A stretch of DNA of 63,862 bases, the filler included, from Choristocarpus tenellus KU-1152 (taxonomy: Eukaryota; Protista; Phaeophyceae): the NCBI GenBank assembly GCA_964200185.2. It is 12 parts of 12 records of this genome, joined end to end, with 100 filler letters (N's around TTAATTAATTAA, not from the genome) between each part and the next. Parts side by side here need not be neighbours in the genome. Positions count along the whole stretch, not along the records: positions 59,591 to 63,862 come from CAXNAD020015357.1; 11 more parts are not named here. One strand, 5' to 3'. Of the stretch, positions 63,077 through 63,862 are shown in pieces (the first letter of the stretch is position 1; each line of letters starts with the position of its first letter). The notes below the pieces were generated by a model, which did not search any database, was not told the origin of the DNA, and saw nothing but the letters and a program-made list of their open reading frames with translations. The translations under genes and the position numbers were made by a program.

Positions 63077-63321
63077 GAGTCAAAGTAACCGAGGTGTGTG
63101 TGCTTTGGCTAATCTGAGTATAACGATTTTTTAACTGTCAAAAGAAGATGAACACATCCGAAGAAGGGTGTCAACAGCAATAGTTTGTTTCTGCAAACTG
63201 AATGTACTCGTGAAACAGCCAATATTCACTTCACAGCTTCCAAAGAATGTATCCCACCAGAAAGTCATAGATAGGGGACCCTTAAAATTCAGTGGCACCC
63301 CCTTCTCGGTTATTTTGACTC
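63077..63321. mobile_element. MITE family E
   Basis: GAGTCAAAGTAACCGAGG...TCTCGGTTATTTTGACTC. Confidence 0.8.
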
Positions 63322-63368
63322 ACATATTTAGTACACTTTAAAGCACGTACCCCCACATGCAGACCTTT

Positions 63369-63632
63369 GAGTTGAAGTAACCGAGGGGTGGCGAGGGGAG
63401 GATTCAGTTTTGAGTCTGTTGAGGGTATTTTTTTCTTTGTTTAAGTGAAGCACGTTTGAAAAATGGCATCAATAAGGATGGCTTGCTTCTGCAAACTGAC
63501 TGTACTCTAAATACAGAAAAATGCACCCTATTGCAGCTTTGTACTGGGTGCTCCAAAACACGCTTGCCAGGAAAAAGTGAATGGCACCTTTGAAACTCAC
63601 CGGCATTCCTTATCTCTCAGTTACTTTGAATC
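63369..63632. mobile_element. MITE family E, second copy
   Basis: CTTT|GAGTTGAAGTAACCGAGG...CTCAGTTACTTTGAATC|CTTG. Confidence 0.75.
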
Positions 63633-63640
63633 CTTGTGAA

Positions 63641-63830
63641 CAGTCAAAGTATCTGGGGGGGGGTGTCGGCGTCCGTTTTTCACCCTTTTTTTCCATTTTC
63701 ACTTTTTTGGTGTGATTTGGTCGCACGTGTCGGATATGAAATGTCTGAAAAAGAAAGAGTTGCTTGACTTAAACGGACGCCCTCTCACAAACCACCCCCC
63801 CCCCCCCCCCCCCCCCCCCAACCCTCCCCT
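63641..63830. mobile_element. MITE family C (other C ends at 31516-31571 and 52826-52867)
   Basis: AGTCAAAGTATCTG(n)TGTCGGCGTCCGTTT...AAACGGACGCCCCTCTCACAAACCACC(n). Confidence 0.75.
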
Positions 63831-63862
63831 CGATCGGGAAAAAGAAATACTGCCCCAAAGAA

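Overview
This is eukaryotic, repeat-dominated nuclear DNA, most likely from a brown alga or related ochrophyte. That assignment is an inference from a spliced nuclear plastid-type fabH, TTAGGG arrays and the style of the TE proteins. The window is not one locus: it is 12 contig pieces joined by 11 artificial 100-bp linkers (44 N + TTAATTAATTAA + 44 N), so adjacency across linkers means nothing. Host genes are the last five exons of fabH/KAS III (13389-15736), one PPR-protein exon (61846-62127) and probable terminal exons of a FYVE-like zinc-finger gene (35696-36558). The rest is mostly TE debris: three copies of one Copia family plus other Copia pieces, a Gypsy integrase, two solo-LTR families with 4-bp TSDs, CRE-like non-LTR fragments and Tc1/IS630-type (HCELNPIE) transposase relics. 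The most striking signal is a network of about 30 short TIR elements in at least five families. They share a terminal core G(A/G)NY(C/G)AAAGTA, and three of the families carry a GTCC(A/G)TTT box at +31 from one end and about +41 from the other. Their TSDs are a mix of 3 and 4 bp, and two decayed Cys-rich ORFs resembling Sola-type transposase N-termini lie near such ends. All family assignments are by eye; no searches were run.
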